Positions 45,887 to 54,811 of a stretch of DNA of 57,000 nt are shown one piece after another. The stretch comes from a virus (Duplodnaviria; Caudoviricetes). The DNA lies in the IMG/VR virus record IMGVR_UViG_3300044711_000225, positions 1 through 57,000 of that record. One strand, 5' to 3'. The notes under the pieces were generated by a model, which had not been told where the DNA came from, searched no databases, and saw only the letters and a program-made list of their open reading frames with translations. The position numbers and the translations under genes were made by a program. Within the stretch, counting starts at the first letter, position 1; each line of letters opens with the position of its first letter.

Positions 45887-46972
45887 CTACGCGAGCCCCA
45901 GCGCGACATAGACGGCGCGGTCGTCGGCGAGCCCGTGGGCGACCCGGTACGCCTCGAGCGCGGCGCGGGTGAGGCGCCCGACGTCGCCGTCTACGGCCAG
46001 GAGCGGCACCGGCTTGGGCGTCGCCGCGTTCAGCGCCCGCTGCAGCGCCCGGCCGTCCGGCACGAGCGGGACCGTCAGCGCAGGCAGCCCGCCACCGGCG
46101 CCCCAGAGCAGGAGCTCCGCCACGCCGCCCGGGAACCTGTCCACGTCCATGCGTCCGCCGACGCCCGGCACCACCGCCGTCGCGCTGTACTGCCAGAGCG
46201 CGGCCCTCGTCCACCCGCGGGGGATGCGCGGCGCCTGGACGTCCCAGTGCGCGACCCACAGGTCAGCGAGCTCGGGCACGTGCGAGAGCGGCGGCTGCGG
46301 GAGCGTGTCCCAGAACCCGGGCATGGTGTAGAGCAGCGGCCTCCGCCCCATCGCGGCCAGCGACTCGACGGCGCGCGCGACGCCCGCGGCGACGCCCTGG
46401 AGGTCCACGCCGTCCGCGGTCTCGACGTCGAGGCATGGCGGGAGCTCGGCGCGGCCGTACGCGTCCTCGAGCGCCTGGCACCGCTCGAGGAAGTGCGCGA
46501 CCTGGTCCGAGCTCGAGCGGCTGGCGCGCAGGTAGTGGTAGAAGCCGCGCGCGAGCCCCGCGACGCCGGCGCGCTGGTAGTGCGCGAGCATCTTCGTGTC
46601 ATCGTGCGCGAGCCCGTCCCCCGAGCGGACGTAGACGAACGAGCGGCCCGACGCGGCGACGGCGTCCATGTCCGCCGACGGCTGGTAGTTCGACAGGTCG
46701 ATCCCCTCCGCGTGGACCTCGTGCGGCGCCTGCGTCGGCGCGTGCGGGCCGACGTGCCAGAGGTCGGTCCCGCGCACGCCATCGGGGCGCTTCTCCCCGG
46801 TCGCGCCGATCCACGTGTGCACCTCGACGCGCGCCACGATCCCGTTGCCGAGGTCGACAACGGAGCCGATCGGGTAGCGCGCGGGGTCCGCCTCGATGTG
46901 CTGCGCCTCCGCGCGGAGGAACGGGGTCACCTCGCTCTCGCGGAGGGGCCTGGCGTCGGAGAGGTCGATCAC
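45887..46972 (-). CDS. Endolysin, GH25 muramidase with C-terminal peptidoglycan-binding domain
   Basis: GIDLSNYQ, GFYHY, LDVE, LWVAHW, WQYS; LQRALN...VDGDVG..T..A. Confidence 0.92.
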   Translation of the reverse strand: MIDLSDARPLRESEVTPFLRAEAQHIEADPARYPIGSVVDLGNGIVARVEVHTWIGATGEKRPDGVRGTDLWHVGPHAPTQAPHEVHAEGIDLSNYQPSADMDAVAASGRSFVYVRSGDGLAHDDTKMLAHYQRAGVAGLARGFYHYLRASRSSSDQVAHFLERCQALEDAYGRAELPPCLDVETADGVDLQGVAAGVARAVESLAAMGRRPLLYTMPGFWDTLPQPPLSHVPELADLWVAHWDVQAPRIPRGWTRAALWQYSATAVVPGVGGRMDVDRFPGGVAELLLWGAGGGLPALTVPLVPDGRALQRALNAATPKPVPLLAVDGDVGRLTRAALEAYRVAHGLADDRAVYVALGLA

Positions 46973-47451
46973 TGCAGCGCGCTCCCGCCGGCGTAGAACT
47001 GCGTCCCACCGATGACCTGGCCGCGCTGCGCATCGAGCGCGCGCGCGTAGTCCTCGGCCGAAGGCTGCGTCTCGCCGACCCACGTGAAGGCCTGTGGGAT
47101 GCCGTTGACGCACGCCGTCGTGTCGCGCGCGATGAAGAGCACCCCGGTGCTCCCGGGCGGGTCACCGTACGTGATGCGGATCTTGTCGCTCGTGGTGCTC
47201 GGCCGGTACGGGTCGAACGTGAGCGGCCACGGGTACTCGGGCAGGAACGGCGTGAACGGGTTTGGCTGAAGCGGCGGGAAGGCGGGCGCGAGCCACCACG
47301 GAGGGATGAACGGCACGGCGACGGGCGCCGCAGGCGCGCCAAGCATCGCGCGCAGCTGCGCCTCCTCGGTGTCGAGCGCGGTCCGCTGCGTGGCGATCTC
47401 CGCGAGGCGCTTCTCGGCTTCGGCCCTGATGTCGGTCGCGTTCATGTTCAC
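46969..47451 (-). CDS. Hypothetical Pro-rich protein
   Basis: 160 aa; coiled-coil N-terminus. Confidence 0.5.
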   Translation of the reverse strand: MNMNATDIRAEAEKRLAEIATQRTALDTEEAQLRAMLGAPAAPVAVPFIPPWWLAPAFPPLQPNPFTPFLPEYPWPLTFDPYRPSTTSDKIRITYGDPPGSTGVLFIARDTTACVNGIPQAFTWVGETQPSAEDYARALDAQRGQVIGGTQFYAGGSALQ

Positions 47452-47467
47452 TTCCTCTGCGCGCGGC

Positions 47468-47566
47468 TCATCGAATCCAGAACCCCAGGGTGATGAAGGC
47501 GACCAGAACGCTGAGCACGAGCAGGTCGAACGCGACCACGGCAGCGCGACGCCCGAGCCGGGTCAC
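47468..47566 (-). CDS. Small membrane peptide
   Basis: 32 aa, one hydrophobic helix; GTGA overlap. Confidence 0.35.
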   Translation of the reverse strand: MTRLGRRAAVVAFDLLVLSVLVAFITLGFWIR

Positions 47567-48024
47567 GAAGCCGCCCGCCCGCCCGTCAGGCGCCGCCAGC
47601 TGTCCATGATCGCGCGGCTCTCCCGCAGCCCCGCCGAGCACGAGCCCGACGCGTACTGCGCGAGCCGGTCCCGCTCCGGCGCCGCCCGGCACGCCGCCAA
47701 GCTCGCGCGCACCAGGCGGAGCCCCGCGCGGAGGCACGCCTGCCGGTCGGTCAGCGCAGCGGCAGGAGGCGAGCGGAGTTGCAGGAGGCAGACGTCGCGC
47801 CCCCCCCCACGGGTCAGGCCCTGGTCCACGTCCAGGCGGAGCCCGCTCTCGTGCACGGCCACGGCGATCAGCAGCGACGCCTCGGTGCGCGACGTCGTGA
47901 CCGCTGCGAGGTCCTCCGCGATCGACGCGTACCGCTCGCGCGCCGCCTCCTCCGTCTCGCGCGCGGGGACGAGCCCGGGCGGGACGGCGGCGAGGAGCAG
48001 GGCGAGGAGCCACGCGGCCATCAC
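47563..48024 (-). CDS. Secreted lytic transglycosylase-like protein
   Basis: Hydrophobic N-terminus; HESG, CLLQ, QYASG resemble SLT motifs I-III. Confidence 0.6.
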   Translation of the reverse strand: MMAAWLLALLLAAVPPGLVPARETEEAARERYASIAEDLAAVTTSRTEASLLIAVAVHESGLRLDVDQGLTRGGGRDVCLLQLRSPPAAALTDRQACLRAGLRLVRASLAACRAAPERDRLAQYASGSCSAGLRESRAIMDSWRRLTGGRAAS

Positions 48025-48824
48025 GCCCTCGCGCCGCGCTTCGGGGCCTGCACCCGCTGCACGAGGTCGGCGAGGATCTGGGCGACGCCGGCGCCGTGCT
48101 CGAGCGCCTGCGTGCGGAGCTGGGCGAGCGTGTCGGCGTGGAGCCCCTGCCCCGTCGCCGCGAGCCGCTGGGCGCCGCGTCCCCCTGGAGCCTTGTGCGC
48201 CGCGCGCGCGCCGATCTGCGACGTGCGGCCCTCGACGCGTTGCACGTAGTAGCCGCCGGCGGTGCGCGTGAACGGCGCCGAGAGCGACCCCTGTCGGTCG
48301 AAGCGCGTCCCCTTCGGCGCGCGCTGATCGAACCAGGCCGGCAGCACGTACGAGGAGACGTCGACGCCCGCGATCGTGTAGCTCTCATCCTGCACCGGGT
48401 CGCAGACCTCGAACGCGATCGACTTCCGGCCGTCGACGTCGCACCAGAGATCGACGAACGGGTCGACGGCGGCCTCGAGGACCTCGTGCGAGAGCGCGCT
48501 CGAGATGCTCGGCCCGCCCGCGAGGATCCCGCCACCGGCATCCATGCACGTGCGGCAGCCGACGATCCCCGAGATGGCGCCGTCGCCCTCCTCGGTGTGG
48601 TAGGCGAGCGCCCCCGGGTCGTCCGCATAGTCGACGAGGACGATCAGCGGCATCCCGGGCGGGACGTCGCTCTTGGCGCCGTACAGCGAGAGCGCGATCG
48701 GGAGCCTCGACCATGCCGCGCAGAACTCGGTGAGCTGCTCGGCGCACGCATCGACCATGCGGCGCGCGTCCTCCGCGCCGACGATGCTCGACGCGTTGAC
48801 GACCGCGATGCCGGGCGCGATCAC
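48021..48824 (-). CDS. Putative zinc metallopeptidase
   Basis: GALAYH, LSHEVLEAAVDP, EVCDPV; start uncertain. Confidence 0.6.
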   Translation of the reverse strand: MIAPGIAVVNASSIVGAEDARRMVDACAEQLTEFCAAWSRLPIALSLYGAKSDVPPGMPLIVLVDYADDPGALAYHTEEGDGAISGIVGCRTCMDAGGGILAGGPSISSALSHEVLEAAVDPFVDLWCDVDGRKSIAFEVCDPVQDESYTIAGVDVSSYVLPAWFDQRAPKGTRFDRQGSLSAPFTRTAGGYYVQRVEGRTSQIGARAAHKAPGGRGAQRLAATGQGLHADTLAQLRTQALEHGAGVAQILADLVQRVQAPKRGARA

Positions 48825-49177
48825 GGCGACACCCGGCCGGGCGCGATGGGACATGCGGGGCACTTCGGGCAGCGCGTGACCCTCCGGCCCATGACCGCCG
48901 GGTGCGCCGCGAGCTTCGCGTAGAGCTCGCCGGGCACCACGGTCGCGCCCTCCGGCCCTGGCGCGAGCGCGGGCTTGCTGCCGGCGTGCGCTTCGATGTA
49001 CGCGCCGACGCCCTCGATGAGCACGTCCGCCGGGACGCAGATCGCGGGGGCCGCGGGCGTCTCGAGCGAGAGCAGCGGAACGCAGGCGGCCTCGAGCGAG
49101 GTAACGATGGCCTGCTCCGCGGCGTGCGTGCAGCCGCAGAGAGCGAAGGCGATTGCGGTGATCCGAAACATGTTCAT
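48821..49177 (-). CDS. Lipoprotein (possible spanin-like)
   Basis: MNMFRITAIAFALCGC lipobox; CAGGA RBS. Confidence 0.6.
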   Translation of the reverse strand: MNMFRITAIAFALCGCTHAAEQAIVTSLEAACVPLLSLETPAAPAICVPADVLIEGVGAYIEAHAGSKPALAPGPEGATVVPGELYAKLAAHPAVMGRRVTRCPKCPACPIAPGRVSP

Positions 49178-49199
49178 TGGTTGAATCCTGCTGCTTTGG

Positions 49200-51323
49200 T
49201 CAAAGCGCCTGGCACTCGGCGACCCCCGCCGCCGCAATCTTGCGCTTGACCGTGAATTTCGCCACGGGCACGAGGGCCGCGTTGTCGACCGTCAGAAACT
49301 GGTTCGACCCGCTGAACTTGAGGATGTCGCCGGGGTTCGCGGCCATGTCGACGACACAGCTTCCGCCACGTGTCGAGACCGGCAGCATCCCCGTGGTCAC
49401 GTTGAAGGGGCCGCCCTGCATGACGAGCACGGCCTGCCTGGTGTCGCCGGCGGTGGGCGCGACGAGGCGGCGCTCGCCAGCAGCCGCGCCGGTCCCCGTG
49501 TAGACGGCGCCGTTGCCGGACGAGGGGGTGCCATAGGCGAACCCGTTCGAGTCGTTGAGCGCGCTCGCGGCGTAGGCGAACTCGACACCATGCCCAACGT
49601 TCGCGTCGACGCGGAACTCGTCGACGGTGAACGACCAGTCGACGGGCCATGACGCGCCTGGGAAAAAGACCGTGGGCCCGTCTCCATGCAGGCGGAGAAT
49701 GCTCGGCGAAACGCTCGAGTTGAGCGCGATCCTGTTGACGTTCGTCCCGGCGCCCGCGGCGTTGACGAGGTGGATCTGCGCGAAGTCCACCGCGCAGGTG
49801 CCCTGGAAAAAGAGCGGGTAAAGGAGCCCGCGGATCAGGACCGGACCGGCGGTGCCGGTCGAGTCGGCGCACATGATGCCGTTGCGGTGCCTGTAGACCC
49901 CGTCGCTGTCGGCCTGGTACACGCCGTCGGCGCCGAGGTTGACGATCTGCACGTCGGCGATCGTCGTCTGGTGGCTGTCGTGGAAGAAGAACGCGAAGGA
50001 GGCTGCGGCGTTGTTCTCGACGTCGGTACCGGCGGACCCGCTCGCGGTGTCGAACAGGTTGACGAGCCGGATGCCGCTGTAGGTCTTGCCGACGCTGAAA
50101 TCGGCGTTGTCGTCGATGAAGGGGCCGCCCCCGTCGATGCCGATACCGAACTCCGTCGTGTTCTCCGGGTCGCGTCCGCCGCCCCCGGTGACCGACGCGG
50201 GCATCACCGACGTCCCGTCCATGTCCTCGATGAGCGCGTCGGACAGCGAGACGTTGTGCGCGCCCCAATCGCGCACGCCCGCGACGCCGTGCTGCAGGTG
50301 CACGTGCGAGACGGCGCCGTCGGTGCAGCGCGTGCGGTAGGTGAGTTTCGCGCGCGGGACGCCGTACGGCTGCAGGTACCGCGGCCCCGGCTCGCTGGTG
50401 ACGTCTCGGATCGTGAAGTGCTGCACGCTGTCGAGGTAGACGATCCCGTGTCCGCCGCCCGTGTCGTGGAGGGAGGAGAAGGCGACGCGCTGCGACGCCT
50501 TGGCGCGCAGCATCGCGAACGTGAAGCCGCCGCCGGCGACGTGCGACACGTCGAGCCCGTAGCCATAGTCCATGGAGAGCCCCGTCGCGATGTAGAAGCT
50601 GCCCGGATCGAAGGCGACACCCTCGAACTTGAAGCCAGCGAACGGCCGCACGCCCTTGACGGTGCGCCCGGCTCCCGCGTTGTGGTGCACGCTCGTCGGC
50701 CACTTGAGCGGGATGGTCGCCGAGGCGCTCACGTTCGAGGCGACCTGCACGAGCTCGCGCGCGATGACGGGCGAGCTCATCGAGCCCTGGTCCTCATCGA
50801 CGCCTGGCGGGTTCGTCCCCTCGACCACCATCCACGTGTCCGCGGCGACCGTGACTGCCGCGTGCAGCGTGAGAGCCAGCGATCCAGCGAGCGCCGTCGT
50901 CTCCAGGTACGTGTTCACAGCCGACGTGACCAGGGTCCCGGTCGCGTTGATGAAGCTGTTGCTCGGCGTATCCGCGAGCTCCGTGCTTGGCGCTGCCCAC
51001 CCCGGAACGATCGTCGCGAGCGGGCGCCCGCCTGCGGTTGGCCCCACGATCGCCGACGTCGAGTGCGCGTCGGTGAGCGCGAGCGGCCGGTCGAGCGTGT
51101 ACGTCCCAGCGAGCAGCCGCACCGTGTGGTGCGCTGCGAGGACCGCTTCGACTCGAGTAGCCGCAATGGCGCCTGGCGAGAACGTTGCCGCATCACCTAC
51201 CAGCTCCGGCACGAAGCTGCCGAGCTTGGGCCCGGCGCGGGGCGCGTCCTGGCACCCGAAGGCGAGGACGACGAGGAGCGCGAGGAGACGGCGCGCGTGC
51301 GCGTACAGGCGAGGCGTTTTCAT
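49200..51323 (-). CDS. Tailspike/pectin-lyase-like beta-helix protein with lipoprotein signal peptide
   Basis: MKTPRLYAHARRLLALLVVLAFGC; VRLLAGTYTLDRPL beta-helix entry; beta-rich body. Confidence 0.65.
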   Translation of the reverse strand: MKTPRLYAHARRLLALLVVLAFGCQDAPRAGPKLGSFVPELVGDAATFSPGAIAATRVEAVLAAHHTVRLLAGTYTLDRPLALTDAHSTSAIVGPTAGGRPLATIVPGWAAPSTELADTPSNSFINATGTLVTSAVNTYLETTALAGSLALTLHAAVTVAADTWMVVEGTNPPGVDEDQGSMSSPVIARELVQVASNVSASATIPLKWPTSVHHNAGAGRTVKGVRPFAGFKFEGVAFDPGSFYIATGLSMDYGYGLDVSHVAGGGFTFAMLRAKASQRVAFSSLHDTGGGHGIVYLDSVQHFTIRDVTSEPGPRYLQPYGVPRAKLTYRTRCTDGAVSHVHLQHGVAGVRDWGAHNVSLSDALIEDMDGTSVMPASVTGGGGRDPENTTEFGIGIDGGGPFIDDNADFSVGKTYSGIRLVNLFDTASGSAGTDVENNAAASFAFFFHDSHQTTIADVQIVNLGADGVYQADSDGVYRHRNGIMCADSTGTAGPVLIRGLLYPLFFQGTCAVDFAQIHLVNAAGAGTNVNRIALNSSVSPSILRLHGDGPTVFFPGASWPVDWSFTVDEFRVDANVGHGVEFAYAASALNDSNGFAYGTPSSGNGAVYTGTGAAAGERRLVAPTAGDTRQAVLVMQGGPFNVTTGMLPVSTRGGSCVVDMAANPGDILKFSGSNQFLTVDNAALVPVAKFTVKRKIAAAGVAECQAL

Positions 51324-51988
51324 CAGACGACCTTCCAGCGGCTCAGGAGCGCGATGAACTCGTAGGCGACGGACTCGGACGTGCCCTCGAGCGACATGTC
51401 CCCCGCCACGTCCGAGTAGGAGCCTGGCGTGGCGGGGTCCTCGATGGCCTGGCCCGGACTCGCCGTGAGCACGCAGGGCGTCGTGGCGAAGAGCCCGTCC
51501 GCGTCGGTGATCGTGAACCTGTCTCCGTTGGCGGGGGTCGGCGGCGTGTAGATCGTCGGGGGCGCGCCTCCGCTGACGTACACCCTGATGTTCTGCCCGA
51601 CGGCGATCGTCGTGGTGCTGGACGCGTGCGTGACCTCCACGATCGGCCCCGCGGCCGGAGCGGGCGGGCCGCCGCCGTTGCCGACCGTGGATCCGGCGAG
51701 CAGGCGCGTCCCGTCGAGCGCGCTGATCGTGTTCGTGGCGTCGTAGTCGAGCTCCCATGAGTCTTCGGCAGCGATCGCGCCGTCGAGCGACAGGTGAAAC
51801 GTGTCGGTGCCCGAGCCCGCGACCCCGCCGCCTGGACGGAAGCCGCTGGTGATGGTGCGCGGGTCCCCGTCCGTGACGATCGAGAGACCGGTGGTGTTCG
51901 CGACGTTCACGGGCTCGCTGGCGACGACGACGAGCCGATCGTTCCCGGCGCCCGTGACATCGACGCTCACGATCTCGGGCGCGCTCAC
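51323..51988 (-). CDS. Ig/SwmB-like domain plus gp9-type beta module
   Basis: APEIVSV...LSLDGAIAAEDSWELDY; PPTPANGDRFTITDADGLFAT. Confidence 0.5.
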   Translation of the reverse strand: MSAPEIVSVDVTGAGNDRLVVVASEPVNVANTTGLSIVTDGDPRTITSGFRPGGGVAGSGTDTFHLSLDGAIAAEDSWELDYDATNTISALDGTRLLAGSTVGNGGGPPAPAAGPIVEVTHASSTTTIAVGQNIRVYVSGGAPPTIYTPPTPANGDRFTITDADGLFATTPCVLTASPGQAIEDPATPGSYSDVAGDMSLEGTSESVAYEFIALLSRWKVV

Positions 51989-52587
51989 CACGTCACCCGG
52001 AGTTGCAGCGCGCCCGATCCGCTGTTCGTGCTCTTGATGGTCGACACCATCAGCGAGAGCGTCTCGCCCGCGGACAGCACCAGGGTCCTCGTCGCGCCCC
52101 CGCTCGAGGCCGGCACGACGACGAGGGTCCCGCCGGTGATCGCGTGGAGCGTCCGGCACGGGCCCGCCACGTTTGCCGCCGTGGTCAGGTCGATGTCCGA
52201 CGTGCTCACGGTCATCTCGAGGACGTCGAGGCCGGCGTACAGGCCGCGTGCCGTCCCGGCGCCTGCCCCGGGCGCCGTCAGGCCCATGTGTGGCGCATCG
52301 CCCGGCGCGCCGGTGTCCTGTCGGGAGACCGAGCGCCCGGCTTGGTGCAGGCCGACCGCGCCGGCGCCCGAGAGCGTGCCGACGAGCGCGCTGGTCAGCC
52401 ACGCCCGCCAATCCCCGCCGCTCGCGGCCGCGGCGGCGCAGCCGGAGAGGAGACCGAGACCGGAGAGCACCGGGGGGATCAGCCAGTTCGGGATCGACTT
52501 CGACGAGGACATGACCTTGCCGACGCCGAGGCACAGCGCGACGATCGCGAACGGGCCGAAGCGGTACAGATCTTCGATCGTGAACAT
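51985..52587 (-). CDS. Holin-like protein with extra C-terminal beta domain
   Basis: Three hydrophobic segments, IPNWLIP and GAVGLHQ holin motifs; ~110-aa soluble extension. Confidence 0.65.
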   Translation of the reverse strand: MFTIEDLYRFGPFAIVALCLGVGKVMSSSKSIPNWLIPPVLSGLGLLSGCAAAAASGGDWRAWLTSALVGTLSGAGAVGLHQAGRSVSRQDTGAPGDAPHMGLTAPGAGAGTARGLYAGLDVLEMTVSTSDIDLTTAANVAGPCRTLHAITGGTLVVVPASSGGATRTLVLSAGETLSLMVSTIKSTNSGSGALQLRVTW

Positions 52588-52589
52588 GA

Positions 52590-53408
52590 CTACTTGCCTC
52601 CGATTGCCGGCGCTGCGCTGGGTGCCGCGTGGTTCTGGACGTACCAAGCACCGAGGCTGATCCCGGCGCCGATTACCGCGAGGAGCACGCCCGCGAAGAT
52701 CTGCCACCGGCGAGCTTGCTTGGCCGCGCGCCGCGCCGCGCGGGCAGCATCCTCCGCGCGGTCGTCGTCGTGGTGGGAGCGGAGCGCCTCGCGGACCACC
52801 TCCAGCCTGGTTTCCGCCTTCGCGGCGTCGAGCGCCGCTGATGCGGCCTTCTCGTGCGCCACGGCGGCGCTGAGCGCTGCAGTTTTGCTAGTGTCGTCGG
52901 CCGTCGTCCTCGCCTGGCGCGCGTCGGCGCGCGCCTCGGTCACACCGGCGCGGAGCTGCGCCTCGTCGGCGTCTCGCCTCGCGGCGCGCGCCTTGAGGCG
53001 GCGCACGTCCTCGTGATGTTGCTCGATGAGGCTCTTCGACACGCCCACCTCGGCGGCGGTGCCCTGCGTGAGCGCCATCAACAGATCGACGTTCGCAGCG
53101 AGGTCGTCGACCTTGCCCTCGACACGATCGGCGCGAATCGCAGCGCGCTTGAGTTCGCCGTGTACGCCCTCGAGCGACGCAACGGTCAGCCCGAAGTGCC
53201 GCGCGTTCGTTTCGTTCGCCTCGACGGTGCGCACGAGCACGGCCATTCCCTCGCGTTGCCGCGTCAGCACCTCGAAGAGGGCCTCGCGGATCGGCCCATC
53301 GGGCACGCGGCGGATCCGCTCCTCGGCGTCAGGCCACGGGCGAGATGGATCGCTGCTACACGTCGCCTCGGGCGCGTCGTCGCGCTCGCCGCCGTTGCGG
53401 GCCGTCAC
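52590..53408 (-). CDS. Coiled-coil protein with C-terminal transmembrane helix
   Basis: RVEGKVDDL heptads; WQIFAGVLLAVIGAGISLGAWY. Confidence 0.6.
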   Translation of the reverse strand: MTARNGGERDDAPEATCSSDPSRPWPDAEERIRRVPDGPIREALFEVLTRQREGMAVLVRTVEANETNARHFGLTVASLEGVHGELKRAAIRADRVEGKVDDLAANVDLLMALTQGTAAEVGVSKSLIEQHHEDVRRLKARAARRDADEAQLRAGVTEARADARQARTTADDTSKTAALSAAVAHEKAASAALDAAKAETRLEVVREALRSHHDDDRAEDAARAARRAAKQARRWQIFAGVLLAVIGAGISLGAWYVQNHAAPSAAPAIGGK

Positions 53409-54811
53409 GCGGTCACCCCGATCCCGGTACCCGCCGCGCTGATCTTGCCCTCGAGCAGGTTGAGGCGCGCAGTGAGCGTGGCCACGGCGTTCGCGGCGGT
53501 CGGAATGTCGGTCACGACGCCGACGGTGTTCCCGCCGCTCGTGCCGCCGCTGCTGTCCGTGAGCTGCCCGGCGCGGGATGGCTGCGCGCGCGGCGTGCCG
53601 GCGAAGAGCGCGAGGGTCGTGCCGTTGAGGGTGAGCGAGTTGGTACCGGCGTCGATCTGCACGGCGCCCGCGGCCGTCTGCCAGATGTCCAGGACGTTCA
53701 CCGCGCTGACGACGAGCGAGAGCTTCGCCGAGACGAACGAGACGGGGCTCCCGAGGTCGACGAACGTCGAGCCGGGCATGTCCGAGCTCGTCGTGCCGCC
53801 CGCCCCGCCGCCGATGGTCAGAGGCGCGCCGGCCGATCCGGCGAAGCCACGTCCCGCACGGAGGCTCGCCGCGATCGCGCCCGGGGCCGTCGTTTGCGGC
53901 GGAGCGATGAGGGCCGCGGCGCCGACGACGCCGAGCTCCAGGAAGTTGTTCGTGCCGTCGGTGATCTTCACCTTCGACGTCGCCGACGACACGAGCGGCC
54001 CGAGGTCGATCCACAGGTCGCCCGAGAGGTGCGTCCCGCTCGTGTGCCCGTGCTGCGGCGCGAGCGTCATCTTCGACCCCGCGCCGCTCGCGTGGATCGT
54101 CTGCGAGAGGCCCGCCGCGGTGACCGAGGCGCCCCACACGAGGGCGCCGCTGGTGATCGACACGGTACCGGCGATGAAAGGGTTGCCGGAGATGTTGATG
54201 GCCTGGCCGCTCCGCCCGATCGTCACGGAATTCGCGTCCGCGGTGCCGATGAAGACGTCGCCCGTGGTCGCGCCCGTGGTCGCATGTCCTGCGTCGATGG
54301 TGACCGAGCCAGCCGTGCCGCCGCCGCCGTCCGCGTCGCCGCCCGTGATCTCGATCCCCCCCGCGAGGTCCTGCGAGAAGCCGCCCTCGATGGTCACGCC
54401 GCTCCCGACGGCGCCAACGAATCCGCCGCTCGCGCCGTGGATGTAGACGCGCCCAGAGGCGCCAGAGGGGTTCGTCGTGCCGCCGTTGAAGATCTCGAGC
54501 GTGGTCGAGTCGCCAGCGGAGGGGGTCTGGGAAATGGTCCGATCCACCGCGTCGAAGGTGAGGTCCGAGGTGACGTGCGTCAGGCCCACCACGGTGTTCG
54601 CGCCAGCGGCCCCAGTGACGTCGCCGCCGAGCGTCGCGCCGCTGCCGATGGTCACGTCCGTCGCGCCCGTCGTCGGGTTGTCGACGACCGATACGCCGGC
54701 GCCCGTGAAGTTCAGGGTGGAGCGCTGCGCCACGTTGGCGGCGCCGCCCTGAACCTGGCGGTAGCCGTACAGGAGGATATCGAGCCACGATCCGAGGAAC
54801 GGGTTGCTCAC
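53405..54811 (-). CDS. Tail fibre-like protein
   Basis: Gly/Thr-rich; RSTLNFTGAGV, LGGDVTG, repeated G...I.GG motifs, C-terminal coiled coil. Confidence 0.65.
   Translation of the reverse strand: MSNPFLGSWLDILLYGYRQVQGGAANVAQRSTLNFTGAGVSVVDNPTTGATDVTIGSGATLGGDVTGAAGANTVVGLTHVTSDLTFDAVDRTISQTPSAGDSTTLEIFNGGTTNPSGASGRVYIHGASGGFVGAVGSGVTIEGGFSQDLAGGIEITGGDADGGGGTAGSVTIDAGHATTGATTGDVFIGTADANSVTIGRSGQAINISGNPFIAGTVSITSGALVWGASVTAAGLSQTIHASGAGSKMTLAPQHGHTSGTHLSGDLWIDLGPLVSSATSKVKITDGTNNFLELGVVGAAALIAPPQTTAPGAIAASLRAGRGFAGSAGAPLTIGGGAGGTTSSDMPGSTFVDLGSPVSFVSAKLSLVVSAVNVLDIWQTAAGAVQIDAGTNSLTLNGTTLALFAGTPRAQPSRAGQLTDSSGGTSGGNTVGVVTDIPTAANAVATLTARLNLLEGKISAAGTGIGVTA

Noticed and set aside
52430-52513. 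Internal lipoprotein start within the holin (MSSSKS...LSGC)
   Set aside because: No well-spaced RBS; the motif is explained by a holin transmembrane helix
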